Positions 50,171 to 60,581 are shown, counted from the first letter of the stretch. The stretch is DNA of 64,000 nucleotides from a bacterium (GCA_965261595.1 CBDHDG010000005.1:448001-512000); one strand, 5' to 3'. Numbers and translations: made by a program. Notes: generated by a model from the letters alone, not told the origin.

Positions 50171-50746
50171 TCAGCGCCGCCCCCGACCCCGCCCAATCGG
50201 GACGACGTTCCGTTCCGCCGGCAGGCCCTCGACATATCGCTCGACCCGGATCTGCGCCTCCAGCTTGTCGGCATCGGACGTGATGTTATACCGATCCATC
50301 ATCGCCCGCGTTTTCCAGCCCATGATCGCCATCACGACGCCCTCCGGCACCCCGGCTCGGACCATATTCCGCGCCGCCGTTTTGCGGAGGTCATACGGGA
50401 TCTTCCCGACGACTCCCGCCTCCCGGCAGGCGCTCCGCCAGGTTCCACGGAAATCCCTGATCGGCTTCCCCCGCCGGTGAAACACGAACGGGCACCCCAC
50501 CACGCGCCGCTCCAGGCGCCGCTCCATGATTTCCGAATAAACCCCCGTCAGAGGGAAGGCCACGCCGACGCCGACCTTGTCGTCGGCCGGATGCAGCCGC
50601 AGCGTCCACGATTCCGAATCGAACGCCGCCCACAGGTAGGATTTGATCGCCTTCGGTCGCTGGCCGGTCCAGAAAAACCACTCGAGCAGGTCCGCCGCGT
50701 CCGGGTCCCCCCGGCCCCACCGTCCCGCGCGGCGCCTCACGTAGTC
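50171..50746 (-). pseudogene. Tyrosine recombinase/integrase, C-terminal fragment
   Basis: TGQR, YDLRKTAARN, MGW, DRY catalytic pattern; the N-terminus is cut off at the IS boundary. Confidence 0.85.
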
Positions 50747-50831
50747 TGACCTGCCCCCCTGAAACCGGTCCGGTTTGAGAGTTAGGATTTTCGCACGGCT
50801 TTCGGGACTGGATTGGCCTAGAAAGGGGGCA

Positions 50832-51113
50832 ATGATGAGTCGGAAGCGATTCACCGCGGAGCAGATCATCCACAAGCTTCGTCAGGCCGAGGTGGAGTTG
50901 GCCAATGGGCAGAGGATGGCTCAGGTCTGCAAGACGCTGGGGATCTCCGAGCAGACCTATTACCGGTGGCGGCGGGAGTACGGAGGCCTGCGCCTGGACC
51001 AGGCGAAACGACTGAAGACACTGGAGCAGGAAAACGCCCGGCTAAAGAAGCTGGTGGCCGAGCAGGCCCTGGATAACGCCATCTTGAAGGAGGCCTCCCA
51101 GGGAAACTTCTGA
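50832..51113 (+). CDS. IS3 transposase OrfA
   Basis: RKRFTAEQII...GISEQTYYRWRREYGG...LEQENARLKKLVAE. Confidence 0.9.
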   Translation: MMSRKRFTAEQIIHKLRQAEVELANGQRMAQVCKTLGISEQTYYRWRREYGGLRLDQAKRLKTLEQENARLKKLVAEQALDNAILKEASQGNF

Positions 51114-51136
51114 GCCCGCCTGCGCGGCGGCGGGCG

Positions 51137-52006
51137 ATGGAGCATGTGCGGGAGAAGCTGAGCGTGTCCGAACGTCGCGCCTGCCGGGTGCTGGGTCAGG
51201 CCCGCTCGACTCAGCGGCGCTCTGCCCAGGTCCCTGACGATGAGGCCCGTTTGGTGGCGCGGGTGACAGAGCTGGCGAGCGAGTACGGACGGTACGGCTA
51301 CCGGAGGATAACGGCTCTGTTGGAAAGAGAAGGCTGGCGAGTGAATCACAAGGGGGTGGAGCGGATCTGGCGCCAGGAAGGCCTGAAGGCGCCGAAGAGA
51401 CAGCCCAAGCGAGGGCGTTTATGGCTGAACGACGGCTCTTGTGTTCGCAAGCGTCCGTCTTATCGGAATCATGTGTGGTCCTACGACTTCCTGGCCGCGA
51501 GGACGCACGATGGGCGGCCTTTACGGATGCTGGCTGTGATGGATGAGTTGACCCGGGAGTGCTTGGCCCTTGATGTAGAGAGAAGACTCAACTCCGAGGA
51601 CGTCCTGGACCGCCTCACCGAGTTGTTCGTCCGGCGTGGCCTGCCGGCTTATATCCGCTCGGACAACGGGGCGGAGTTCACGGCGAATGCGGTGAGAGGG
51701 TGGCTCACCCGTCTTGGGGTGAGAACGCTTTACATCGAGCGGGGCAGTCCCTGGGAGAACGGCTATGTGGAGTCCTTCATCGGCAAGCTGCGCGATGAGC
51801 TGCTCAACGGGGAGATCTTCTACACCCTGACAGAGGCCAAGGTGTTGGTGGAGAGATGGCGACAACTCTACAACCGGGTAAGGCCCCATAGTGCCTTGGG
51901 CTACCGGCCCCCGGCGCCGGAGGCCATCGAACCAATGCCTCCGGGCATCCCTACACTTTCGGACATCGGGGAGCAGAGACTAACTCAAAAAGTGGTACAA
52001 CTTTAG
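51137..52006 (+). CDS. IS3 transposase OrfB (joined to OrfA by a -1 frameshift)
   Basis: YGYRRI, WSYDF, IRSDNGAEF, PWENGYVESF, RPHSALGY. Confidence 0.92.
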   Translation: MEHVREKLSVSERRACRVLGQARSTQRRSAQVPDDEARLVARVTELASEYGRYGYRRITALLEREGWRVNHKGVERIWRQEGLKAPKRQPKRGRLWLNDGSCVRKRPSYRNHVWSYDFLAARTHDGRPLRMLAVMDELTRECLALDVERRLNSEDVLDRLTELFVRRGLPAYIRSDNGAEFTANAVRGWLTRLGVRTLYIERGSPWENGYVESFIGKLRDELLNGEIFYTLTEAKVLVERWRQLYNRVRPHSALGYRPPAPEAIEPMPPGIPTLSDIGEQRLTQKVVQL

Positions 52007-52017
52007 GGGGCGGGTCA

Positions 52018-53229
52018 CGCCATCAGGTTCACGAAAGAGGGTGAAATCTCCGTTCGGGCGGGCATCGAGAATCAATCGGAGAAGGAAATCACGGTGCGTC
52101 TTGAAGTGTCCGATACGGGAATCGGCATCTCTCCCGAGGCCCAAGCCCTCCTCTTCCAGTCCTTCACGCAGGCCGAAAAATCCACCACCCGCAAGTTCGG
52201 CGGGACGGGACTGGGACTGGCGATATGCAAAACACTCGCGGAAATGATGGGCGGCGAGATCGGTGTCGAAATCCGGCCCGGCCAAGGCTCCACGTTCTGG
52301 TCACGACCCGGCTCGGATTAACCGACGCCAACGCGGAGACCTCGCCCTCCGGCCCGGAAACGCCGCTGCGCCCCCGCGAGGGCAAACCGTCCGCCGCCGG
52401 AAACGGGACCTCAAAATTCGCGTCGCGGACGAACCACGGCCGGATCCTGGTGGCCGAAGACAACACCGTCAACCAGAAGCTCATCCAACGCATGCTCGAA
52501 AAACTCGGGTATCGCGCCGACATGGCGGCCAACGGTCTCGAAACCGTCGACATGTGGGCCTGGGTGCCCTACGACCTGATCCTGATGGATTGCTCGATGC
52601 CGGAAATGGACGGGTTTCAGGCGACCGCGGAGATCCGCGGCCGGGAGCGGAAGACCGAAAGCGGCCGCCACATCCCGATCATCGCCCTCACGGCCAACGC
52701 CATGACGGGCTTCCGGGAGAAATGCATCGAGGCGGGCATGGACGATTACGTCTCCAAGCCGTTCAAGCGGGCGGACTTGGAAGCGGTCCTCGAATCCTGG
52801 ACCCATCCCGATCCCCCCCCCAAGCCGCTCGAATCGCCGACGCCGCGGCAAGTTCCCGAGGGTCGTCCGCCGGAGCTCTCGGTGGACACGGAAATGGTGG
52901 AAGCCTTACACGAAACCATGGGGGATGAGCTGAGCAAGTTATTCGATTTGTTCTTCAGTCAGACGCCCGAGCGCGTGGAGGCCATGCGGCAGGCCGCGGC
53001 CCAGAAAGACGCCGACGCCTTGACCCGGGTTTCGCACAGCCTGAAAGGAAGCGCCGGCCTCATGGGGGCGCAACGGCTGGCCGGCTTGGGCGCGAAGCTC
53101 CAGGCCCTGGGAGAAACCGGAAACGTCGAGGGGGCCGGAGACCTGATCGAAATGGCGGAGACTGAATTCGCGGCCGTCAAGGCCATCCTCGAGAATGAAA
53201 TGAGGCAGATCTCGGCTGCCCGGACCTGA
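52018..53229 (+). pseudogene. 3' remnant of a hybrid histidine kinase (HATPase-REC-HPt)
   Basis: Starts mid-N-box right after the IS (AIRFTKEG...DTGIGI...[10 protein letters not shown]), shifts frame near 52300, then ILVAEDN...ILMDCSMP...SHSLKGSA. Confidence 0.8.
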
Positions 53230-53320
53230 GCCCCCGCCCACGTCGCGAACCGCCGGAAGGACGCCTTCTCCCGCCGGCCCGGCCTTCGCCACCTTGAAAA
53301 CGTGCGGGTGATCGCGGCGC

Positions 53321-55645
53321 TCACACCCCCCCCCCGTCCCGGGCCTCCAACGCCGCCAGGATCTTCTCCGGCGTGATGGGCAAGTCGCGCATGCGGACCC
53401 CGATGGCGTCATAAATCGCGTTGGCGATGGCCGGCGCGGGGGGATTCGTGGGGACCTCCGCCACGGCCTTGGCCCCGAAGGGGCCGTGTGCGTTGGGACG
53501 CTCCACCATCAAGACGTCGATTTCCGGCATGTCGTTCGCCGTCAGAAGCTTGTAATCGAGCAGGGTGTCGTTCAGGGGGGCCCCGCCCGCGTCGTACCGG
53601 ATCCCCTCCGTGAGGCCGTAGCCGAGCCCCATGTGCAGGGCCCCCTCCACTTGCCCTTCCGCCAGGAGGGGATGGATGCACACCCCGCAATCCACGGCGG
53701 CGACCAGCCGGAGAACCTTCACCACGCCCGTCTCCGTGTCCACCTCCACTTCGGCGAACTGGGCCGAGACCGGAGGCGAGCTCATCGGGGCGACGTAGGA
53801 CGCCGTGGCCGCGATCTGGCGCATTTGCCCGTACAGGGCGTGAAGCGCCACCTCCCGCATGGAGACGCCCCGGCCCGCGCTCGTCCGGACCTCGCCGTTC
53901 CCTATCGCCAGGTCATCCGGGCGGGCCTCCAGGAGATCGGCCGCCGCTTCCAGCACCTGCGCCCGCACGTCTTCGGCCGCCTTGAGGGCCGCCGCGCCGG
54001 AAACCACGGTCGTGCTGGACGCATAGGCCCCCACGTCGAAAGGCGTCCGGTCGGTGTCGCCGGAGTAGACGACGACCTGATCCATCTCGACGCCCAGGGT
54101 CTCGGCGACCATCTGGGCCACAACGGTGTCTCCGCCGCCGCCCAGGTCCGCTTCCCCCGCGAGAACGTTGTACGAGCCATCGTCGTTGATCTTGATCGAC
54201 ACCGAGCCCCAGTCGATCCCCGGGATGCCGTTGCCCTGAAGGGCGCACGCCATGCCGGCGCCACGGCGGACTTTCCCGCCCCGCCCGGCACCGGTTCGGC
54301 CCCCGTTTCCGGACCCCTTCCAGCCGAACGCCTCCGAGCCTCGGCGCATGGCCTCTTCCAGACCGTCGTCCAGGATGCGCCTCGCGGCGGCCTTGCCTTC
54401 GGAAAGGACCCGCGAGATGGGGTCGTCCTGGTCTTTCTTGATGCAGGTCTTCATCCGGTATTCCAGCGGGTCCATCCCCAGGCGCTCGGCCATCTCGTCC
54501 ATCTGAAGCTCGACGGCGAAGATCCCCTGCGGGGTTCCGTACCCCCGCATGGCCCCGGCGGCCGGCAGGTTGGTGTAGGCGACCTCGCAGTGGAACCGGA
54601 TGTTCTCCGCCGGGTAGAGCGGCAGCGGGTGCGCGCCGGTGTTGGCCTGAACGGTCATGGCGTGCCCCCCGTAGGCCCCCGTGTCGGCCACCACCCGCAG
54701 CTCGTTCGCCACCAGCCGCCCGTCCTTCATCGCGCCCGTTTTCATCCACAAGACCTGGGCGTGGCGGGACCGGCCCTGGGTGAACTCCTCCCGGCGGCGG
54801 AGCTCGACCATCACGGGCCGCTCCGCCGCGAGGGTCAGCGCACCGGTGATGTCTTCGATGACCATCTCCTGCTTGCCCCCGAAGCCCCCGCCGATCCGGG
54901 GCTTGATGACCCGGATGCGCCCCTCGGGAACCTGAAGGGCGGCGGCCATCTGCCGCCGTGTGTGGAAGGGGACCTGCGTGCTGGTGCGCATCACCAGCCT
55001 CCGATCCTCGTCCAGGCTGCCGACGGCGACGTGCGTCTCCAGGCTGCAATGTTGGATCCGCGGCACCCGATACTCGTTCTCCACGATGATGTCCGCCTGC
55101 CGGAACCCCGCCTCCACGTCCCCGACCGCCACGTCGATGAGGGCCGCAAGGTTCCGTGACGCGTCCTCGGCGCGGGTGATCTCCGGCTCGTCGTGGACGA
55201 CGGGCGCCCCGGGTTCGAGGGCCTCCAACGGGTCGAACACCGCCGGCAGCACTTTGTACTTCACCTGGATGAGCTTCAGGGCCCGTTCGGCGATCTCCGG
55301 CGTCTCGGCGGCCGCCGCGGCCACCCGGTCCCCGACGTGCCGGACCTTGCGGTCCAGGATGAAATGGTCCCAGGGCGAGGGTTCCGGGTAGTTCTGTCCG
55401 GCCGTCGAAATGGCGACCCGGGGGACGTCACGGTGCGTCAGAACGGCGTGGACGCCCGGCAGGGCCTCGGCTTGCGAGGTGTCGATCTCCTCGATCTCGG
55501 CGTGAGCGTGCGGACTCCCGAGGATCCGGCCATACAGCATCCCCGGCAAATCGACATCCCCCGCAAAGCAGGGCGCGCCCGTGACGAGCTTGACCCCGTC
55601 CAGCTTCCGGACGTTCTTTCCGACGACGCGACGGCTGCCGCTCAT
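53321..55645 (-). CDS. Xanthine dehydrogenase-family Mo-binding subunit (XdhD-like)
   Basis: GQNYPEPSP, TSTQVP, GGGFGGKQ, AMRGYG, EGQVEG, GAKAVAE. Confidence 0.92.
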   Translation of the reverse strand: MSGSRRVVGKNVRKLDGVKLVTGAPCFAGDVDLPGMLYGRILGSPHAHAEIEEIDTSQAEALPGVHAVLTHRDVPRVAISTAGQNYPEPSPWDHFILDRKVRHVGDRVAAAAAETPEIAERALKLIQVKYKVLPAVFDPLEALEPGAPVVHDEPEITRAEDASRNLAALIDVAVGDVEAGFRQADIIVENEYRVPRIQHCSLETHVAVGSLDEDRRLVMRTSTQVPFHTRRQMAAALQVPEGRIRVIKPRIGGGFGGKQEMVIEDITGALTLAAERPVMVELRRREEFTQGRSRHAQVLWMKTGAMKDGRLVANELRVVADTGAYGGHAMTVQANTGAHPLPLYPAENIRFHCEVAYTNLPAAGAMRGYGTPQGIFAVELQMDEMAERLGMDPLEYRMKTCIKKDQDDPISRVLSEGKAAARRILDDGLEEAMRRGSEAFGWKGSGNGGRTGAGRGGKVRRGAGMACALQGNGIPGIDWGSVSIKINDDGSYNVLAGEADLGGGGDTVVAQMVAETLGVEMDQVVVYSGDTDRTPFDVGAYASSTTVVSGAAALKAAEDVRAQVLEAAADLLEARPDDLAIGNGEVRTSAGRGVSMREVALHALYGQMRQIAATASYVAPMSSPPVSAQFAEVEVDTETGVVKVLRLVAAVDCGVCIHPLLAEGQVEGALHMGLGYGLTEGIRYDAGGAPLNDTLLDYKLLTANDMPEIDVLMVERPNAHGPFGAKAVAEVPTNPPAPAIANAIYDAIGVRMRDLPITPEKILAALEARDGGGV

Positions 55646-56166
55646 GAGCTTGCTCCCCCTCCCCCTTGGGTTACGGCGGCCGATCCGGCGCCGTCCCGCA
55701 TTCTCCGGGCGGCGGTCAGGACGGCCTCGACGGGCTTCCGGTATCCCGTGCAGCGGCACAGCACCCCCGCCAGGGCCTTGCGGACGTCCGCCTCGGTGGG
55801 TCCGGGGTTCTCCGCCAGGAGCTCCTGGGCCACGAGGATCATGCCCGGAATACAGAAACCGCACTGGACCGCGCCGCAATCGAGAAACGCCTGCTGGATG
55901 GGGTGGAGCCCCTCAGGGGGGGCCAACCCCTCGGGTGCCAGCCCCTCGATGGTCAGGATCTTCCGGCCCGCCGCGGACCCCGTGAAGGTGACGCAAGGAT
56001 TGACGGCCCGGCCGTCCAGGAGAACGGCGCAGACCCCGCAGTCCCCCGTCTCGCAGCCCCGCTTGACCCCATAGAAGCCGTTGCGGCGGAGCGTATCGAT
56101 CAGAAGCTCGCCGGGGGCCGTTTCCCATGTCCGCTCGCGGCCGTTCACCTGAAGGATGATCTCCAT
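55642..56166 (-). CDS. (2Fe-2S)-binding subunit
   Basis: GCETGDCGVC, QCGFC, LCRCTGY. Confidence 0.93.
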   Translation of the reverse strand: MEIILQVNGRERTWETAPGELLIDTLRRNGFYGVKRGCETGDCGVCAVLLDGRAVNPCVTFTGSAAGRKILTIEGLAPEGLAPPEGLHPIQQAFLDCGAVQCGFCIPGMILVAQELLAENPGPTEADVRKALAGVLCRCTGYRKPVEAVLTAARRMRDGAGSAAVTQGGGGASS

Positions 56167-56170
56167 CGCC

Positions 56171-57052
56171 CTAGTCCTCCCCCGGCGCAATGCCGGCCTC
56201 CGGCCCAAGGCCGGCGTTTCTCAGGCAGGTCTCCAGCCCCCGCCGGGCGAGCACGCCGCCGACCTTTTTGCGGTAGGCGGCGCCGGCCCGGTGGTCGTCT
56301 ATGGGGCGGATCCTCGCGCGGACCGTGTCCGCCGCCTTTGCGAGCAGGTCCGCGGCCGGGGCCTTCCCCTCCAGGAGGGCCTCGGCCTCGGGAACCCGCA
56401 TGGGCGTCTCTCCCACCGCCCCGAGGGCGATCCGCACGTCGCGGCATCGGCCGTCTTCGACCCGGAGGGACACCCCCGCGTTGACGATGGCCAGGTCCTC
56501 GGCTGTCCGTCCCACTTTGAGGAAGCTCCCCCGCCGGCCCTCGGGATGGGGAAGGGTGACGCGCGTCAACAGGCCGCCCTCCAGGACGGTCTGTCCCGGT
56601 CCGGTGAAGAACTCGGAGAGCGGAACCGCCCGCTCCCCCCCCCCCGCCGCTCCCCGGATATGAACCACGGCGTCCAGGGCCAGGAGGGCGGGCGGCAGGT
56701 CCGCCGCCGGGGCGCCGGAGGCGAGATTGCCCCCCAGGGTGGCCGCGTTTCGGATCTGCCGGGAGATGAAAGATTCAGCCGCATCGGAGAGCATTCCATC
56801 GGCCGTGCCGCGAACCGCCTCCGATGAGATCAAGTCGTGCATCGTCACCGTCGCGCCCAGGGAGAGCGCGCCGTTCTCCGCGCGGATGTCGTTCCATCCA
56901 AGGCGGGTGACATCGACCAGGATTTCGACATCCTCCCCCAGGCGGACCGCGACGTCGGTCCCTCCCGCAACGGCGGCCGCTCCCGGCCGTTGAAGCAGGG
57001 TGAGGGCGTCATCGGCCGTCTTCGGCGAATGAAACTCACGAATATTTTCCAC
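56171..57052 (-). CDS. FAD-binding subunit of a Mo-hydroxylase
   Basis: AGGTD, QIRNAATLGGN, PIDDHRAGAAYR; GAGGAGG RBS before GTG 57052. Confidence 0.92.
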   Translation of the reverse strand: MENIREFHSPKTADDALTLLQRPGAAAVAGGTDVAVRLGEDVEILVDVTRLGWNDIRAENGALSLGATVTMHDLISSEAVRGTADGMLSDAAESFISRQIRNAATLGGNLASGAPAADLPPALLALDAVVHIRGAAGGGERAVPLSEFFTGPGQTVLEGGLLTRVTLPHPEGRRGSFLKVGRTAEDLAIVNAGVSLRVEDGRCRDVRIALGAVGETPMRVPEAEALLEGKAPAADLLAKAADTVRARIRPIDDHRAGAAYRKKVGGVLARRGLETCLRNAGLGPEAGIAPGED

Positions 57053-57373
57053 GGCGGCCTCCTCGATGAACGGACATCGCGCCCGGAGTCCCGTCGCGCA
57101 ATCGTCCGAACCGTTTTCGGTCGTCAAAACCCACGGACATGAGACCCGCGGGCGAGGAGAGAATTCCGGGCCTCGCTCTAATCAGGGCGTCGCGGGAAGG
57201 ATCCCGTTGATCTTTACATGCGCCGGACTTCGCTTCAACCCCTGTTCCGCGCTTGGAATCACCCTTTGACCCGGACGGCCATCGTTTGCTACTCTGCACT
57301 GCGTAGAAGAGGGTGCATACCGTCTCCTCTTCCGATGGAAGGCCACCTAACCCCGCTTCAGGTTGCACGCCAG

Positions 57374-58774
57374 ATGGACCACACCCGCTCTAAATCCATT
57401 CGGCCGGCACACCGCTTCCGAGGGGGAATTCTCCTCTCGGCCGCGCTGGCCCTCTGCTGTTCGGCCGTTCTCGGCTGGACGGTCCCGGATGCACAGGCCC
57501 AGGCGCCTTCCAATCTTGATCTCCGGATGACCCTGGTGAAAGACAAAGCCGCCGCCGGCAAGGTGTCCAATCTCCTGTCCCAGGGCGAGTCCTTCGCCGG
57601 CCTCGCGCGGCGGTTCTCCACAGATCCGACAAATAAGCGCGGCGGGTTTTTGGGCCGGGTGGCCCTCAAGGACCTGAACGATCAGGTCCAGGCGATGGTG
57701 GGAAGCCTCAAGGTGGGCGGGTTCACCGGCCCGGTCCGCGTCGAGAAAGGCCTGGCGTTTTTCCAGCGCACCACCACGGCCCATTACACCTTCGCTCTCG
57801 AAATGATGAAGGCGGAAAAATATAAACAGGCGTTGGTTCCCCTGGAAAAGGATCTGGCCCTGAACCCGGACCGGATCCACAGCCGCGCGCTCAAGGCGTA
57901 CGCCTTCCAGCGGCTCAATCGCACAAAGGAAGCCAAGGACGCCTACCGGGAGATCATCCGGCGGGACCCCAAAAACGTCCTGGCCAACAACAACCTCGGC
58001 ACCCTGCTCGACCAGGAGGGCAACTACACCGAAGCGGCCCAGCGATTCGAGCGGGCCATTTCGATCGAGCCGAAACAGGACGTGACGCTGCACAACCTGG
58101 CCTGGATCTACTCCTCCCGGCTGGGCAGGCCCTCCAAGGCCCTGGGTTTTATCCGCAAGGCCATCGAGCTGAAGCCCGATGACGCCAACTATTACACCAT
58201 GCTCGGCTCCATCTACCGGCAGCTCGGCAAGACCTTCGAGGCGCGCAAGGCCGTCGCCCAGGCCGTCCGGCTGGAGCCCGCGAACGCGGAGCACCGGAAA
58301 CTTCTGGCGCTGCTCGGGGGGCCGGTGAAAGAGCCGGCGCCCGCGAAGAAGGTCGCGGTGAAACCGGCCGGCCGCGAGAGGTCCGGGACCCCGCGAAGGG
58401 CCGACAAACCCCCGGCGTCCGTCCGCGACCGGCTGGAGACCGCGAAGAGGAAACCGCCGTCAAAGACGGCAACGCCCCGAAAACGAACGGCGTCCGTCCG
58501 CCGGCCCGCTTCCCCTTCTCCGTCCATCAAGGTCGTCACCCGCCTCGGGGGCGGCAAGACCGTCCGTTTGGTCGGCCGGCTCTTGCGGCGGAACGGGTTC
58601 CCCGTGGCCCTGCGCTTGAAGGAAGCCAAGCCGATGAAGGGGATCAAGATTTACTACAAAGTGAAATCCGTCGGCGCCGCGCGGAGAATCCGCGACCTGA
58701 TCAGCCCCAGGCCCCAGCTCAGGCGTATGAGCTGGAACTCCCAGTTCGACATCATCGTATTCGTCGGAAGATAG
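57374..58774 (+). CDS. Exported protein with parvulin/PpiC-like domain, TPR repeats and a small C-terminal (LytR_C-like) domain
   Basis: Signal peptide; GESFAGLARRFSTD..RGGFLG; TPR motifs (ANNNLG, LHNLA); basic Pro-rich linker; DIIVFVG end. Confidence 0.75.
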   Translation: MDHTRSKSIRPAHRFRGGILLSAALALCCSAVLGWTVPDAQAQAPSNLDLRMTLVKDKAAAGKVSNLLSQGESFAGLARRFSTDPTNKRGGFLGRVALKDLNDQVQAMVGSLKVGGFTGPVRVEKGLAFFQRTTTAHYTFALEMMKAEKYKQALVPLEKDLALNPDRIHSRALKAYAFQRLNRTKEAKDAYREIIRRDPKNVLANNNLGTLLDQEGNYTEAAQRFERAISIEPKQDVTLHNLAWIYSSRLGRPSKALGFIRKAIELKPDDANYYTMLGSIYRQLGKTFEARKAVAQAVRLEPANAEHRKLLALLGGPVKEPAPAKKVAVKPAGRERSGTPRRADKPPASVRDRLETAKRKPPSKTATPRKRTASVRRPASPSPSIKVVTRLGGGKTVRLVGRLLRRNGFPVALRLKEAKPMKGIKIYYKVKSVGAARRIRDLISPRPQLRRMSWNSQFDIIVFVGR

Positions 58775-58810
58775 CGGGCGGCCCTCCCATGGCCATCCGA
58801 AGCGGTCCGG

Positions 58811-58839
58811 TTGACAGTCCCGCGGATGGGCCGTAAAGT
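58811..58839 (+). promoter_or_regulatory. Sigma-70 promoter for trpL-trpE
   Basis: TTGACA-N17-TAAAGT. Confidence 0.7.
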
Positions 58840-58874
58840 TCCACGGTATCAGGCTTCGAAAGGAATTTTTTCAG

Positions 58875-58937
58875 GTGAAACCAAAAACGGATCGACAAAA
58901 CCAGTGGTGGCGGAGGGGAGGACAACCGCGCCCGTAG
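58875..58937 (+). CDS. trpL: Tryptophan attenuator leader peptide (MKPKTDRQNQWWRRGGQPRP)
   Basis: GTG start after AGGA, tandem TGG TGG at 58905-58910, directly upstream of a terminator and trpE. Confidence 0.85.
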   Translation: MKPKTDRQNQWWRRGGQPRP

Positions 58938-58961
58938 CCTGAAGGACCGATTTAAAATCGC

Positions 58962-58997
58962 AAAGGCCGCGGGCAATCAAGCTTGCGGCCTTTTTTT
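58962..58997 (+). terminator. Attenuator terminator
   Basis: AAAGGCCGCGGGC-AATCAA-GCTTGCGGCC followed by T7. The 5' arm can instead pair with GCCCGTAGCCT (58930-58940). Confidence 0.85.
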
Positions 58998-59028
58998 CGC
59001 GTCATGACCCGAAACCGCGGACCGAGCC

Positions 59029-60546
59029 ATGTACACCCCCAGTCTGGAAGACTTCCGCCTCAAAGCCCGCCAAGGGAACCTGATCCCGGTCTACCGGGAG
59101 ATTCTCGCCGATCTCGAGACCCCGGTCTCCGCATTCCTGAAGATTGCGGAAAGCGAGAACGCCTTCCTCCTGGAAAGCGTGGAAGGGGGCGAAAAATGGG
59201 CCCGGTACTGCTTTCTGGGCGCGGACGCCTCGGTCGTCCTCCGGATCAAGGGACGGACCGTCACTGTCGAGCGGGGGGGGGGAGGGGGGGGCGGTGAATC
59301 GGAGACCTGGGAGGCCGAAGGCGACCCCCTGGACGCCCTCAAGTCCCTGATGGCGGCGTACCGCCCGGTCGCCGTGGAGGGCCTGCCCCGCTTTTACGGC
59401 GGCGCGGTCGGGTATCTGTCTTATGACATGGTCCGCTTCTTCGAGCGGCTGCCGGAGAGCGCGGACGACGACCTCGGCCTGCCGGACGCCCAGTTCATGA
59501 TCACCGACACCCTGCTTGTGTTCGACAACGTGACGCAAAAGATCAAGGTGGTCGCCAACGTCCACCTGGAGGAGAACGGCGAGTCGGAAATCAAGACCGC
59601 TTACGAGGAGGCCGTCGCCCGGATCGAGGAGGTCATCGCCCGGCTGAACCGTCCCCTGTCCAGACGGGCGGGCGGAATCCCGCAGGCCCCCTCGGCCGCG
59701 GAAGGTCCGGACTGGTCTTCAAGCTTCCGGGACCGGGCCGCCTTCGAAGCGGCGGTGAGGAAGGCGCGCGAGAACGTCCACGCGGGAGAGGTCATCCAGG
59801 TGGTCCTGGCGCAGCGGTTGAGCGCGGCCGTAGCGGCCGACCCGTTCGACGTGTACCGGGCCCTGCGCACGGTGAACCCCTCGCCGTACATGTTTTTCCT
59901 CCAGTTCGGCGGCCTCAAGCTCGTGGGGTCCTCCCCGGAGGTCCTCGTCCGTCTCGAAGGCGACCGGGTCGAGGTCCGCCCCATCGCCGGAACTCGTCCC
60001 CGGGGGGCCGGCGAAGAGGAGGACCGCGCGCTGGAGCGGGACCTGCTGTCCGACGAGAAAGAGCGCGCCGAGCACATCATGCTCGTGGACCTGGGACGCA
60101 ACGACGCGGGACGGGTCTCGCGAAGAGGCACCGTCGAGGTGAACGAGTTGATGGTGATCGAGCGCTATTCCCACGTCATGCACATCGTCAGTAACGTCCG
60201 GGGGAAGCTCGCCGAGGGCCGGGACGCCTACGACGTTCTCCGCGCCTGTTTTCCGGCCGGGACGGTCTCCGGCGCGCCGAAAGTCCGCGCCATGGAGTTG
60301 ATCGAGGAATTGGAGCCTGTCCGCCGGGGGCCTTACGCCGGCGCGGTGGGCTACTTTTCGTTCTCGGGGAACATGGACACGTGCATCGCCATCCGGACGC
60401 TGGTCATGAAGGACGGCCGCGCCTACCTGGGCATCGGGGCGGGCATCGTGGCGGACTCGGTCCCGGAGCGGGAATTCGAAGAGACGATGAACAAAGGCCG
60501 GGCGCTTATCCGGGCGGTCGAGCTGGCCGTTCATGGGTTGCGGTAG
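59029..60546 (+). CDS. trpE: Anthranilate synthase component I
   Basis: LETPVS, FLLESVEGG, NPSPYM, GSSPE, PIAGT, KERAEHIMLVDLGRND, PAGTVSGAPK. Confidence 0.95.
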   Translation: MYTPSLEDFRLKARQGNLIPVYREILADLETPVSAFLKIAESENAFLLESVEGGEKWARYCFLGADASVVLRIKGRTVTVERGGGGGGGESETWEAEGDPLDALKSLMAAYRPVAVEGLPRFYGGAVGYLSYDMVRFFERLPESADDDLGLPDAQFMITDTLLVFDNVTQKIKVVANVHLEENGESEIKTAYEEAVARIEEVIARLNRPLSRRAGGIPQAPSAAEGPDWSSSFRDRAAFEAAVRKARENVHAGEVIQVVLAQRLSAAVAADPFDVYRALRTVNPSPYMFFLQFGGLKLVGSSPEVLVRLEGDRVEVRPIAGTRPRGAGEEEDRALERDLLSDEKERAEHIMLVDLGRNDAGRVSRRGTVEVNELMVIERYSHVMHIVSNVRGKLAEGRDAYDVLRACFPAGTVSGAPKVRAMELIEELEPVRRGPYAGAVGYFSFSGNMDTCIAIRTLVMKDGRAYLGIGAGIVADSVPEREFEETMNKGRALIRAVELAVHGLR

Positions 60547-60581
60547 CCCGCGATTTTCACCGGCATTTGGAAGCTTTTTCC

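Larger units (their letters stand above)
50747..52017 (+). mobile_element. IS3-family insertion sequence
   Basis: Ends TGACCTGCCCCC... and ...GGGGGCGGGTCA; orfA/orfB with a GGGAAAC slippery site; no target duplication. Confidence 0.92.
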
